This document shows, in pieces, positions 14,076 to 26,800 of a stretch of DNA of 64,000 nt. The position numbers were made by a program, and so were the translations under genes. The stretch is from Lytechinus pictus (Eukaryota), in the NCBI RefSeq assembly GCF_037042905.1, contig NC_087245.1:434001-498000 (forward strand), read 5' to 3'. Under the pieces are notes generated by a model. It made no database searches. It was not told where the DNA came from and was given only the letters and a program-made list of their open reading frames with translations. The stretch's first letter is position 1. Each line of letters opens with the position of its first letter.

Positions 14076-14635
14076 ATGCGATATTTTCAATATACCAGCT
14101 CTGCCGTTTTTCTTAATTCTATTCCGTAAATTTCAGCCCTCTACACTTTCTTCTCTCCTATTCTGTTCGCTTACACGATATGTATTCTTATGTATTTTAA
14201 TTGCACTGTACATAATGTTTCACAGGTGATCAGTGCGCTTTTTAATAAATCACCTCAGTTCTGCATTTCAATACTTCATTCATGACATGTTTAATGTTTT
14301 GTAGAATTGAAAATAAACTTGAACTTGAAACTTGAAATATATACTTTTCCATTGAGGAAACGGAGAAATACGAACTACCGCAATTAAAACATTTTTATCT
14401 CAGATTCTAAGTACTTACAAATGTTGCTGTTTTTAATGTTTGAAATATGTAGTGATCTATTGAATATTTGTATTTTGCATACATGGCCAATATTTAGCCA
14501 TTTGGTTGCAACTCTTGTTTTTGATAAACCTTGAAATGAATTGAATTGAGTTGAATATTCTTTGAAGTCCTGTCAGCCTAGTCTATTTGCCTTCGTGCTT
14601 AAGAATCTTTGAAGGAAAAACAAACCAAACTAGAA

Positions 14636-14814
14636 TTATCGTTCATGGGCTAAGACTTTATATCTCTTTGGAGCAACGGTACCAAGACAATGTTCAAAGC
14701 CAAAGTCAGCTGAATCACCTTCAGGCAATTGAAATTGAAATTGTTGCATGAGGGTTGTCGCGAAGAGGAAAAACTCCATCCGGGCAAGTTGCTCCCCAAG
14801 GCACACACGTCGAC
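14636..14814 (-). CDS. CYP2-like: CYP2-like exon 6 (heme-binding cysteine, stop)
   Basis: Acceptor TGTCAG|; (G)RRVCLGEQLARMEFFLF...KVLAHER then TAA. Confidence 0.95.
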
Positions 14815-17800
14815 CTGACAATTAACAAAAATAAAATAACAAGAAAATGATAAAAGTCAATGAGCCAAACAAATCATCATGAAAACAATGTGTTTTGAAG
14901 TATTGCACAATCATCAGAGTGGCTACTGCGCCTCGTCACTTCTCTAACATTCATGACAGACAAGTCAAGAACACCTACTACACACAATCATGACATACAT
15001 GCCCGCGTAATCGAGCACTTAAAGGTATTGTTTAACTTTGTGAGCAGCCGATTAAAAAAATTCTCAAACCAAGACGAAACATGTGTACAAGTACATGTAT
15101 TAGAACTAATAAACCCTGAAAACAACCATTATTGAGAATGAAAAGCTAAAACTACAAGGCAAACCCCGATTTTGTAAATAGGCGTCTTATAGACGCCTAA
15201 ATAGTACACATAAGTGTATGGGATGAAATAAAGATGGTGTTTTCGGTCACTTTATATTTCAATTTTTGAAGCACTAAATAATTATTTTCGAACGCAATTT
15301 TTTTTAATGGGCTTCATTTTTGTAACATATCACAGACACAGGTGACAAGTGTGACCTTCTAGCTCAGATTTTTTTTAAAGTCAAACCAATGTTAACCAAT
15401 CACTTTAATTGGGACCATCATGAGTAGGCCTATCACTCCCCCCTTCTTTTGGGTATAGAGATTATACTCAGGGGCCGCTGAATGGTTTTCAAAGTGGGAG
15501 GGCTGCAATGAGCCAAAAGTGGGGGGGGGGGGGAGGGGCTGACCATGCCAAAAATCACAATCCTAAGGTCATTTTCAAGTTTTTGTACACGGTTTGGTCC
15601 CCTTACCAACACAAAGGACATTATATGCATAAAAGTAACGAATAGATCCTAGAAAATTTGTGTTTGTTAATGATGAGTGATCTCAAGTCAGCACATTACC
15701 TGCTCCAAATACAGTGAATGCATCCTGTTTGATGACAGTCTTCCCATCTTCACTTAGGAAACGTTCAGGGTTAAACTCTTCTGGTTTGTCCCACAGGTTT
15801 GGATCCAGGTGAATGGCAAGGATATTAATAAGAATCTCTGTATGTTTTGGAATGGTGTATTCTCTGATTTTGACGTCTTTGTCGGTCACATGTCCCACTC
15901 CTAGCGGTGCAACAGGTCGAAACCGGAGGACCTCTGTTATAGTTGCGTCTACATACGGCATGTCCTTGCGATCGTCGTAGCACGGAGCCCTCTCCCGACC
16001 AACAACACGATCGATCTCACTCATAACCTGTCATAATTATAAATCATGAAAACGCTGGTATAAAAGCTTAAAAGTGCACCCAGAAGTTCAGATAATCCTC
16101 TCGTCATGTCTACATCTCTTAGGGAAAAAGATGAGATGACGAGATCTTGGATCTCGTCATGTCTGCATCGTGTAAGAGGGATGATCAGATGACGTGAACT
16201 TAGATATCGTCATATCTACATCCCGTGGGAGAGATATGGAAGCTTAAATGTGCCACCCAGATGTTCATATAATTATCTCGTCATATGCCTACATCTCTTA
16301 GGGAAAAGGATAAGATGACGAGATCTTGGATCTCGTCATGTCTACATCCCGTGTGATATAGTAACCTCTTGTCGAGGCCCTGGCGGCCCGCCTGGCGGCT
16401 GCTTCCCGAGCGAAGCGAGGGATTTCCTAATTGGCGAAGCGAATTAGGCCTGGCGCTCTGCTTCGCTCTCTCCCTTGCTTCGCCAAGTTCGCTCGGAAAG
16501 CAGCCGACAGGGCCTCGACAAGAGGCTAGTGTGATAGATGATCAGATGACAAGATCTTGGGTCTCGTCATGTCTACATCTTTTAGAAGAGATTATCAGAT
16601 GACAAGATCTTGGGTCTCGTCATGTCTACATCTTTTAGAAGAGATGATCAGATCACAAGATCTTGGGTCTCATCATGTCTACATCTTTTAGAAGAGATGA
16701 TCAGATGACAAGATCTTGGGTCTCGTCATGTCTACATCTTTTAGAAGAGATTATCAGATGACAAGATCTTGGTTTTCGACATGTCTACATCTTTTAGAAG
16801 AGATTATCAGATGGCAAGATCTTGGATCTCAACATGTCTACATATTTTAGAAGAGGTGATCAGATGAGAATATCTTGGATATCGGCATGTCTACATCAAG
16901 TGGAAGAGGTAATCAGATGATAAGATCTTGAATCCGATATCTTGTCATCTCATCATCTCAGTCTACCTACAAGATGTAGATATGACGAGATCCGAGATCT
17001 TGTCTCTTCCACTGGGTGTAGACATGACGATCGAGATCTAAGATCTTTTCATCTGCATGGAAATCCCTCCCACGGGATGTAGACATGACAAGATCTATGA
17101 TCACGTCATCCTTTATTCAAGATGCAGGCATGGCGAGATCCGAGATCTCGTAATATAATTCTTTTCCCATTGTAAGAGGTGTAGACATGACGAAATGTTT
17201 ATCAGAACATCTTGGTGGCACTTTTAAATTTCCATAAATTTTCAGTATAGAGCTTGCAGAAAGGCCGGGCAGAAAGGTCTTTCGTATAATACTGGGTTTA
17301 TAAGTAATCGGACTCTCGGTCTAAAACCATAAGTCTGTCTCCAGATGGGCTAACAACATTCAGAATAAACCCATTTATGCCTGAACATGTTTACCAGATA
17401 CGTATCCACACAACCTACATTAGAAAATTTTCGTTATATTCTTCATAATCATATTATTCTTATGAAACCCCCGACATTCGGCCATTAGGCCCACAAGCGA
17501 CGAGTGCCACAACTTGATTGTTCACACAAATCTTAGATAAATGTGCATGTGGTGATGATGATGACGACGATTACTGTAAAATGATAATACGGAAGCTTTA
17601 ACCCTTAAGGGGGGGGGGTCAATTTGACCCCCTGACAATTTTCGTCACTACGCCGTCGCGCGAAAAATTTTAACGCGAAGCTCGCTGACTTTTTACTTTC
17701 AAGTCTCTTGCATATATTATAGGGACCAAACTTGCGACGCCCGGGTACGCGGTTCCGAAATTACGCAACATTTCGTAAGTGCATGTCACACCCAAAATTG

Positions 17801-20800
17801 CTCAATAACGTGATTCCGCGTACAAAGTCAATGCAAATTATGTTTTATCAACCAAAAATCAGAAATGTATGACTATTTTTACTTTTGTTGGTTTAAATGG
17901 ATTTATTTTATGCAATTTATGATCGCAAAAGGGTCCCCGACAAATTTCATCAGAAAAACAACAAAAACAAAGGTTTGAAACAACAAAGAAATACATAAGA
18001 ATTTATAAAACAATGAAATACATAAGAAATCAATTATATTTTTGCATTTTTTTGGAGACATTTGTATATGTAATTGATACTCTAAAACAATACCATTCTA
18101 TTAGCTATATAAATTGAGTTAAAAGCAAAATCATACACAAAAAACAAATTTAGGGCAAATTTCATACGCGCATTTGCATAATTAATTGATAATAAGTATA
18201 AACAATTATTTTTTGAAAATTTTACTATAGAGTCTTGTAGTTTACATCCGGCTCTACGCGCGTGCAAATCTTTGCGGCGATCGCGCAATCAGCGGCCGAG
18301 ATCTGAGGGGGGTCAAATTGACCCCCCCCCCGTATATCCTGGTCTGAAATAGCCCAGTTAAGATAGGGTTAACGTGCCATCGACTTGTAGTGATGGCGAG
18401 ATAATTTATCTCGCCATGTCGCCAACCTTATGTCAACATTATGTCAACCTTACGTCAAATTGACCCCGCCCCCCCGTATATCCTGGTGCCATCGACTTGT
18501 AGCGATGGCGAGATATCTCGCCATGTCGCCAACCTTATGTCAACATTATGTCAACCTTACGTCAAATTGACCCCGCCCCCCCGTATATCCTGGTGCCATC
18601 GACTTGTAACGATGGCGAGATATCTCGCCATGTCGCCAACCTTATGTCAACATGGCGAGATACATTATCTCACGTACGAAAACGTGCATGTCAACGTTTT
18701 TGTTTGGTCTACCATCAGTTTGTCCACTATCCACATGCTCTAATCGCCATTTCGTTAACTGACCATTTCGTTTATATAATAACCAGTTGGTCCAATCGCC
18801 ATCTATGTCTAATTGGACAAAAAGAGAAAATGTGTATTAGACCAACTGGTTATGAGACGAAATGGTCATAGATGAAAGTGATGATAAGACACATTTATTA
18901 TTGGACTAAATGGATATGATTGTCAGACAAATGTTTTTCAAGGAATATCATTACACTAAATATAGGTATATTAGACGATGTGATAAGTGAACGAGGTGAC
19001 AATATGCGAATTTGCAATTTACTGTCATGAACACATAATGGCCTGAAAGAGCCTGTTCTCTCAAATAATTTGATACCGTATGTGTTAACGCTTGGATAAT
19101 CAAGAGGTATTCCTTGCATTGATGTAAATATTGATTTGCGCCAAAGTAAGGCATGACTGCAATGAATGAATCGAGGTGTCAATGATTGCATAATTAAAAA
19201 ATCCATTAAAATCCATTAAAAAAACTTTACAATAATTTACTTTACTATTGTTTAATAAACAATTTTTAGTATCGATTCTCAAGTAAATTTCATTGAAAAG
19301 AGATTTGCAAATACTGTTATGTTGGGATCGTTTATTTCAGATTGGGAGCATCAATGATGCTGATGACACAGGAATGTTCCATGTACAATTTAATCAAGAA
19401 ACTTTAATAATCAATCTCCAGCAGTGTCACATCTAGAGTTGAAAAAAATATCGTAATGTAGATGTAGATCTTAACTCTGTGATGATCTCAACTTTTCTAA
19501 CATTCAACCCTTGGGTGTGCACCCATATATAATCAAGCTTCAACACAAATTATAATCCAAGGGTTTGGGTATAGGACAGAAGGGGGGTTTAATTATTGGG
19601 AAGGGGGAGGCAGTTCTTTGTTCTCTGATTACGAGTTGTTTGAACTATTAACAATAAGGATTTTATTGGCTTGCATTAAATTAATGAATAAGGGTTCTTA
19701 GAAGGGGAATGGACATCAAAGTGATGGTTCTGAGAAGGGGGTATTGACATTATGCTGTCTAGACTATCTACCTCCATGATATTATGTAGTGAATTATACA
19801 ATCACTATACAGTGATGCAAATCAAAATTTGCATCACTGCAAAGAATACCTACTCATTATTAAAGCGTGAAAACATTTCCACACAAAGTATCAAATTATT
19901 TGGGAGGAGATACTCTTTCCAGCCATAGTAAATGATTATGTGTTCATGACATATTACTTATAAGTGTCGGAATTGTGAGGTGTCATTTTGGTTTTTGTTT
20001 ACTCACACGGTATATATGTGTGAGTGTGTGTGTGGGGGTGTTCACCTTATTTTGTACATCGGGTTTGCTTGCCATAACGAGAATAAACCAAAGTAATGAA
20101 GAAGATGTCGTCTCGGTTCCTGCAAAGAACAGATCGAAAACACACATCCAGATATCGTCTTTAGTTATGTACGGTTTGGTGGCCTTGATTTCATCCAATC
20201 GGTCTGCTTCAGTGAGGTACATATCAATGATGTCCCGGATGTCTGTGGAGTCGTAGCTCTCAATGTGTTCTCTCACCTCCGCATTGATAAAATTCTAAAT
20301 AAAAAAAGTGTTATAAATATTGGAAAATTCGACGTATACACGGCTCAGTGTTTTAAAACATGGTATAAGGATCTCCATATTAGAAATGAAAGTCCGGGGG
20401 GGGGGGGGAGACGAACCTTTCCCATAGACTACTACGTACACAAAATCAACTGTTTTCACAGGCACATTACACTGTCCCCCTTTCTTCAAGTCACGACCAA
20501 ACTATTGAAAATTAAGAAATATATCTTGCAATGTTCAGTAGAAAACACAGGAGGGTCTTTATTTTATTATTTCATTATTTCGGAAATGCTTATTTTTCAT
20601 ATTATTTTGCGACAATTTGTCATTTTCTGTATATTTAAACAGCTGTAGGTACGACCACTGATTTTTTTTCTTACCTTTATGCCTAATATGTTTTCTTTGG
20701 GCATCTTTAATAAAGGTGTCTTGAGGAGAATAGGGAATCTTAAAACTAGCTCACGAATGATGGGGGTTATCCCCATTCCACCTGTTAGGTTTCTAAGTCT

Positions 20801-23800
20801 CTTGATCGTATCAATGAAAACAGGATCATCATACTCCATACGCCTCCCGAATGTGATACTGCAGATGATGTTGGATACGGCAGCATTGGTAAGATGCATA
20901 ACGTCGAACGCTTCTCCTGACTGTTGGGATAATGCATTACAGAGGATGTGTGCTTCATCTTGTATCCTTGACTCGATGCCCTTCCGACCCATGCCAAAGT
21001 TACGGAGAGCAGAGAGACTAAATCGACGGAGTTCTTGCCACGGTTCCCCATCAGTGAATAGGATGCCCCCTAATCAGAAAAAGAAAGGAATTTGAACCAT
21101 TGTAAAGAAATAAAGCATCGATCAATTTGGTTCTTAGGCACAACTGTCGAATTTTAAGTTATAATGACATCGATGAAACAATATTGCTAACACAAAGAAA
21201 CATAATTTTTTATTTGTTATATATTGAACTTTATATATAAGACGTTACAAGACGTATAAGATGATAAAAAATAACATTGAATTGAAAAGGGTTACCAAGT
21301 GAACAAAGATATTGCGAATAAAGTTATGAAAATATAGTATTTCCATGTAACAAGGAAAGAATGAACATTGAAAACCACATCAGGCAAAACATTAGCAGAT
21401 ACCTGTATAATCTATGATATGAGAAAAGAAGGGAGGTGGTCGTCTGTTAGAAGTGGCATCAGCTTGTTTGACCAGGAGTTCTTTAACTAGCCCTGGGCTG
21501 GAAATCATGGTCAAGATCCTGGAGCCAAGCTGGAGACAAACGATGTCACCATATCTGCAATGGAAAGTAAAGGTATGATAAATCCATTATAATCTCTAAG
21601 ATTTTATCGTTTGAACAAACTGAACTTTAAGGATCTAAAGACAATAATCTTGAAGTCACACACTTCTATCTCTCAAATTCATTCTATTCTGGGTTGGGAC
21701 ACTATTCAAAAGAGACAATACACTTATTATTAATAACATTACAATTGAATAATATGAAAAATGTGTTTCACATACATGACATAAAAGCTACTCCTTACCC
21801 TCATAGAAGTGAGAATAATAATATAATGTTTGCCCAGACCTAAGTGTAAAAAGATCTTTCTCTTATAGAGCTGCACATGAATTTAACAGATTGTGCGTAT
21901 TGTCACCACTTTCGATTCTTTTTTTTTCTTGGATGTGCCAATTGAAATGAAGTCAATGATTTGTAACGAGGGGGGGGGTTAGTGTGGGTTATATGAAATT
22001 GGTCTTTGTATTTATTTTTGATGGCTAACTCCCTATTCATAATGGAAATCATATCCATTAATCAAGTAATCTGGCTCCATGGTAAACCAGCAGCATTATA
22101 TTATTGCAGCTACTATTTTTTTTAAATTGAATTGATCATTTATTTATTCCGTTCTCACAAGCAATATATTCACACAATTATTACAAACAATGATCATGTA
22201 AACAATATATCATCAAGAATGTTCATCATTTACAAAAGATTGATAATGGAAAAGGAGAACCTTTGGAAAAGCATGATATGGCTTTACAAAATGAAAGTTC
22301 TCACGAAAATATATATAATTCGCATTAATATTTTAGAACGAAGATTATACATCAGAAAGTTAAAGGATAAGTCCACCCCAACAAAAAGTTGATTTGAATA
22401 AAAAGAGGAAAATCCAACAAGCATAACACTGAAAATGTCATCAAAATCGGATGTAAAATAAGAAAGTTATGACATTTTTAAGTTTCGCTTAATTTCACAA
22501 AACAGTTATATGTACATCCTGGCTGGTATGCAAATGAGGAGACTATGACATCATCCACTCACTATTTTTTTTGTATTTTATTATATGAAATATTCTAATT
22601 TTATCCTCATTGTCAAGTAATACAATGATTAATTCCCCCCTGAACATGTGTCATTAGCATTGTTTAATACTATGTTTCAGTCAAGTTGGTCCTTATTGTC
22701 AAACCTATAAAAAATGAAATATGTATAATTCAAACAATAAAAAACAAAAGAAATAGTGAGTGATGGACATCATCGACTGACTCACCTATAGTTGTGCATA
22801 TCACTGTTTTGTGAAAAATAAGCGAAACTTTAAAATGTCATAACTTTCTTATTTTACATCCGATTTTGATGAAATTTTCAGCACTATGCAAGTTTGATTT
22901 TTCTCTATTTATTCAAGTCAGCATTTTCCTGGGGTGGACTTGACCTTTAAAGAATAAAACAACAACTAACAACAGACAAAACAAGTGGAACGCCTCTGGC
23001 AGTCTCGCCTGCATTACGCAATTTAATATAGCAGCAGTGCTAACTACTATAAAATAATCATTCACAAAAACATCATTCATATAATGACATAATACCACGT
23101 TCATTGACCATAAATGACATTTGAAAGGAGACTTAAGACTGTCAACTACACCCATGTCCACATTTCATTCACTCTATCCATAAACTTTCAAAGTTATGAT
23201 GGCACTTCAACAATTACCCCAACATGGCCTAAGTTTATTGACCTTAACTGACCTTTGACTTGGTTTTGTGACCTGAAACTCACAGGGGATGTTCAGTGAT
23301 GCTTGATTGTGTGTGTATTTGAGTTTTGTCAGACGTGTATCAATCAGATATGATTATTTACGTCTGGGACCGACCTTTAACGTCACCATCCGAAAGACGT
23401 GACCAGGGCTCGAACCTCTGCATCAATTTGTAACTTCCCCACAGCTTGGATTACAGGCGCACGCCACAACGCCCAGTTGATTACTCTTATATCCCAAGTT
23501 TTATGAACTAGATCCATAAACTTTCACAGTTAGGATGGTAACTCAACAAATACCCCCAACACGGCCAAAGTTCATTGACCTTTAATGACCTTTGACCATG
23601 GTCATGTGACCTGAAACTCGTACAGGATGTTCAGTGATACTTGATTACTCTTATGTCCAAGTTTCATGGACTAGATCCATAAATGTTCAAAGTTATGATA
23701 GTAATTCAACAAATACCCCCAACTTGACCAAAGTTCATTGACCCTAAATGACCTTTGACCTTGGTCACGTGACCTGAAACTCGAGCAGGATGTTTACTAA

Positions 23801-26800
23801 TACTTGATTAACCTTGTGCCCAAGTTTCATGAAATAGGTCCATATACTTTCTAAGTTATGATGTCATTTCAAAAACTTAACCTTCGGTTAAGATTTTGAA
23901 AATAATTTTCCCAACATGGTCTAAGTTCATTGACCCTAAATGACCTTTGACCTTGACCATGTGACCTGAAACTCAGGCAGGATGTTCAGTAATACTTGAT
24001 TAACCTTATGTTTAAGTTTCATGAACTAGGTCCATATACTTTCTAAGTTATGATGTCATTTCAAAAACTAAACCTTAGGTTAAGATTTGATGTTAACGCC
24101 GCCGCGGCGCGCCGCCGCCGCCGTCGGAAAAGCGGCGCCTATAGTCTCGCTCTGCTATGCAGGCGAGACAAAAAACACTAAACAAGACAAATAGGGTCGA
24201 TGAATTATCATCGATAGTTTAAATACAAATGAAATTTTAGCAATTTTTTTAAAGTTGAATTGGATTTTATTAAACGCATGGTCAATTGTATCTTGTTCCA
24301 AATTATTGGTTGGGTATTTCTATGCATATTTTTTTGATAGAGAGGTTTTTACTTTCCATAAATGAAATAAGTTATGGAGTCTAGTTTCATGAGAATGAAT
24401 TTGATTGTTAATTAAGAATATGGATAATATATTATTTGGCAATAAATCTTAAAAGTACTGGAAGCCAAGCAACGTGATATGATAATTGAATAAATAAAAA
24501 ATTAAAGTTTTTAAGCGGAAAAATAAAGGAGCAGAGTGGGCATAATATTCACTACCTGCACATATACGTAAGGCATACTTTTGCAACCTAAAAAAAATGT
24601 AAATTAGTTTACCGTGAGCTGAATTTCCCCATACAACTACACAGTAACTCAAATATGAGGGAGTTGCATGCAGTAAAAAATATAAACAACATGGACAATG
24701 ACACATTAACATTTGATTTACGCATAATACCAATTAATTTTGAGACTTTCTTTGTTATGAATCTACACAAAAAAAAAAGCAAGTCCCCTTAAACAAACAT
24801 CCATAATTTCCGAACCACTGAGAGTTTATATATTTTTACATGAGCGTGTACATGGAGGTAATTTTATGAATGTTACGGACGTATTTTATGTCATGCTTTC
24901 AGTGAGCACTGCCAGAAAGCAACATTGTCACTTTATAAACGTCACAAGCAAAATATCGTGACTTTGATTGCAGTTTATTGGAACGAATTCCACATTCTCA
25001 TCATGAAAAAGTCAAAAGGCTTGTAAAAAGGTACTTTCTAAAAAAAAAAAAATCTACATTTCACGGTTGAATAAACACAAGTCAAAATTTGCTATAATTG
25101 GATTGTTTACACATTTCTACGGATAAAAATGATCGAATACGATGACAATTGTTTTTGGGAAGAGTATCTTCAACAATTTTCATCATTTCACGGTTCAATG
25201 AACATTCAATGAAAACCAAAATACAATTTTCAAATATCATTGGCCGCTATTGTTTCAATTTGGTAACTGAAATTTTATCTCTTCTCAACATTTTTCGTTA
25301 TGTTCATGACCAATTAACATGCTTCAATGATTCAAAGACGTTTAATTAAACATTCACGCCTGAATGAATAAATTGTGGAATGTGATTAGCTCTTTTTTAA
25401 AACATTATTGGAAAAAATGCAATTGCTAACTATAAATAAATATCTGTCAAAAACCTTCTTACATAGTTTATTTGATTTGATTTTTATGAAAATCCCGATG
25501 TTAATGCTTCAGTGAGCACACAATATTCGAAAATTATGCAAATGAGAAGAAAGTTCAAGGCCTTGGTCCCACTCTGTGCCGTATCGAATGGCTATTTTGG
25601 TGTACGCGCCTTTTGGATAGTGTCACTCTGAACTTCAAGCCATGCGCGAAGTTTTATGAAAAAACTCTTGGCAGGAGTAACAAAAACCGTTCATAAAACA
25701 AACCCTTACTTCAATTTGTTAATTTTTGTACTTCCTCTCTCATAGACATTGTGTACACTATGGGTGCATACGTTTAAGAGTAAGTATTCCCTTATTCAAT
25801 ATGGTGGAACTTTTTTCAAAGCTGTCTTTAGCAGTATCATTATTTTGGCAGTAATGTTTATCAACTTTTGGGGAGAATTCTAAGCAAAAAAGGATTTGTA
25901 TATTCATGGATGAGTGAGCACGCATCAAATGGGGAAAAGAGGCATTTTCAATGTCACAGACACATTTTGAGGGGTTATAAAGTGAATAATGGGGGCAAAT
26001 TCGGCTTCAAATGTGACTTAATTGCTGTTGTTGTTGTTATCATCCATCATTTTTATCACCACACACTTTCAGAACTTTTTACACGTTCATGTTTGAGAGA
26101 GCACACTCGAAAACTTAGGAATAAATACTTTTTTTAGTGCATAAATTTATTCTTTTCCTAACAATTTCTCAGGAGCAGTTGAATTTATGGAAAAATCAGT
26201 GGTGGATCCAGGATTTGAAAGTGCACTGTTAAAAAACCCTGATTTGGCAGGAAAAAACCCCAATATTTTGCAGAAAGCAATAACAGAACCATTCTGTAAA
26301 TTCATAAAACAGGAATTTTTCTACAATTTAACAGGACAGGTCTGTTTAAAAAGGGGAAAAGGATGTTTTATTTAAGGAAATTTTTAAGGTTCCATACACC
26401 AAATACCAATTTTCTGTAACATGTGTAATTTTACATGATATAATGTAAGGTTACGCAATCTAGTAAGATTAAAGGTGTTCTCGAGACTATGATGCATGAA
26501 CTTCTTTTATAGGATAATTTTTCTAAAAGTGTGGGGGAGGGGAGTCACTGACATTTTCCAGTTTTTTAATGTTTTAACAAGTTACAGAGGATACTACCAT
26601 AAACTTTATGATGATACGTCACAAAAAACTGTGCTCACTCAATCATGAACATACGATATTAATTTTATTGTGGAGTGGCTAAATGATGGATAGTAGTACA
26701 GCATAAACACCATAAAATTCACCAAAAAACAACTTTGTATTTAATACACAATCTGAGAAACGACTCTTGTAACTTTCAAGAATGGTCATTTTTAATTCAA

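Noticed and set aside
16540..16930. Regular repeats resembling a CRISPR array
   Set aside because: Head-to-tail 53-bp units with no unique spacers, no cas genes, and located in a eukaryotic intron inside a TIR element.
18898..19400. Possible decayed LINE 3' fragment in intron 4
   Set aside because: Only faint resemblance; no diagnostic motif could be read.
20679..21095. Plus-strand ORFs overlapping CYP exons (also 19975-20256, 29582-29767)
   Set aside because: Antisense shadows of real exons with no recognisable motifs.
22913..23161. Similar short ORFs at 22913, 53715 and 57073 as a peptide family
   Set aside because: Translations of the H-A repeat terminus; the ORF ends are not conserved.
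23309..23476. Functional 7SL/SRP RNA gene, or human Alu contamination
   Set aside because: No S domain or 3' Alu strand; it has a TSD and a microsatellite tail; the body is unlike Alu and it is integrated in a local repeat.
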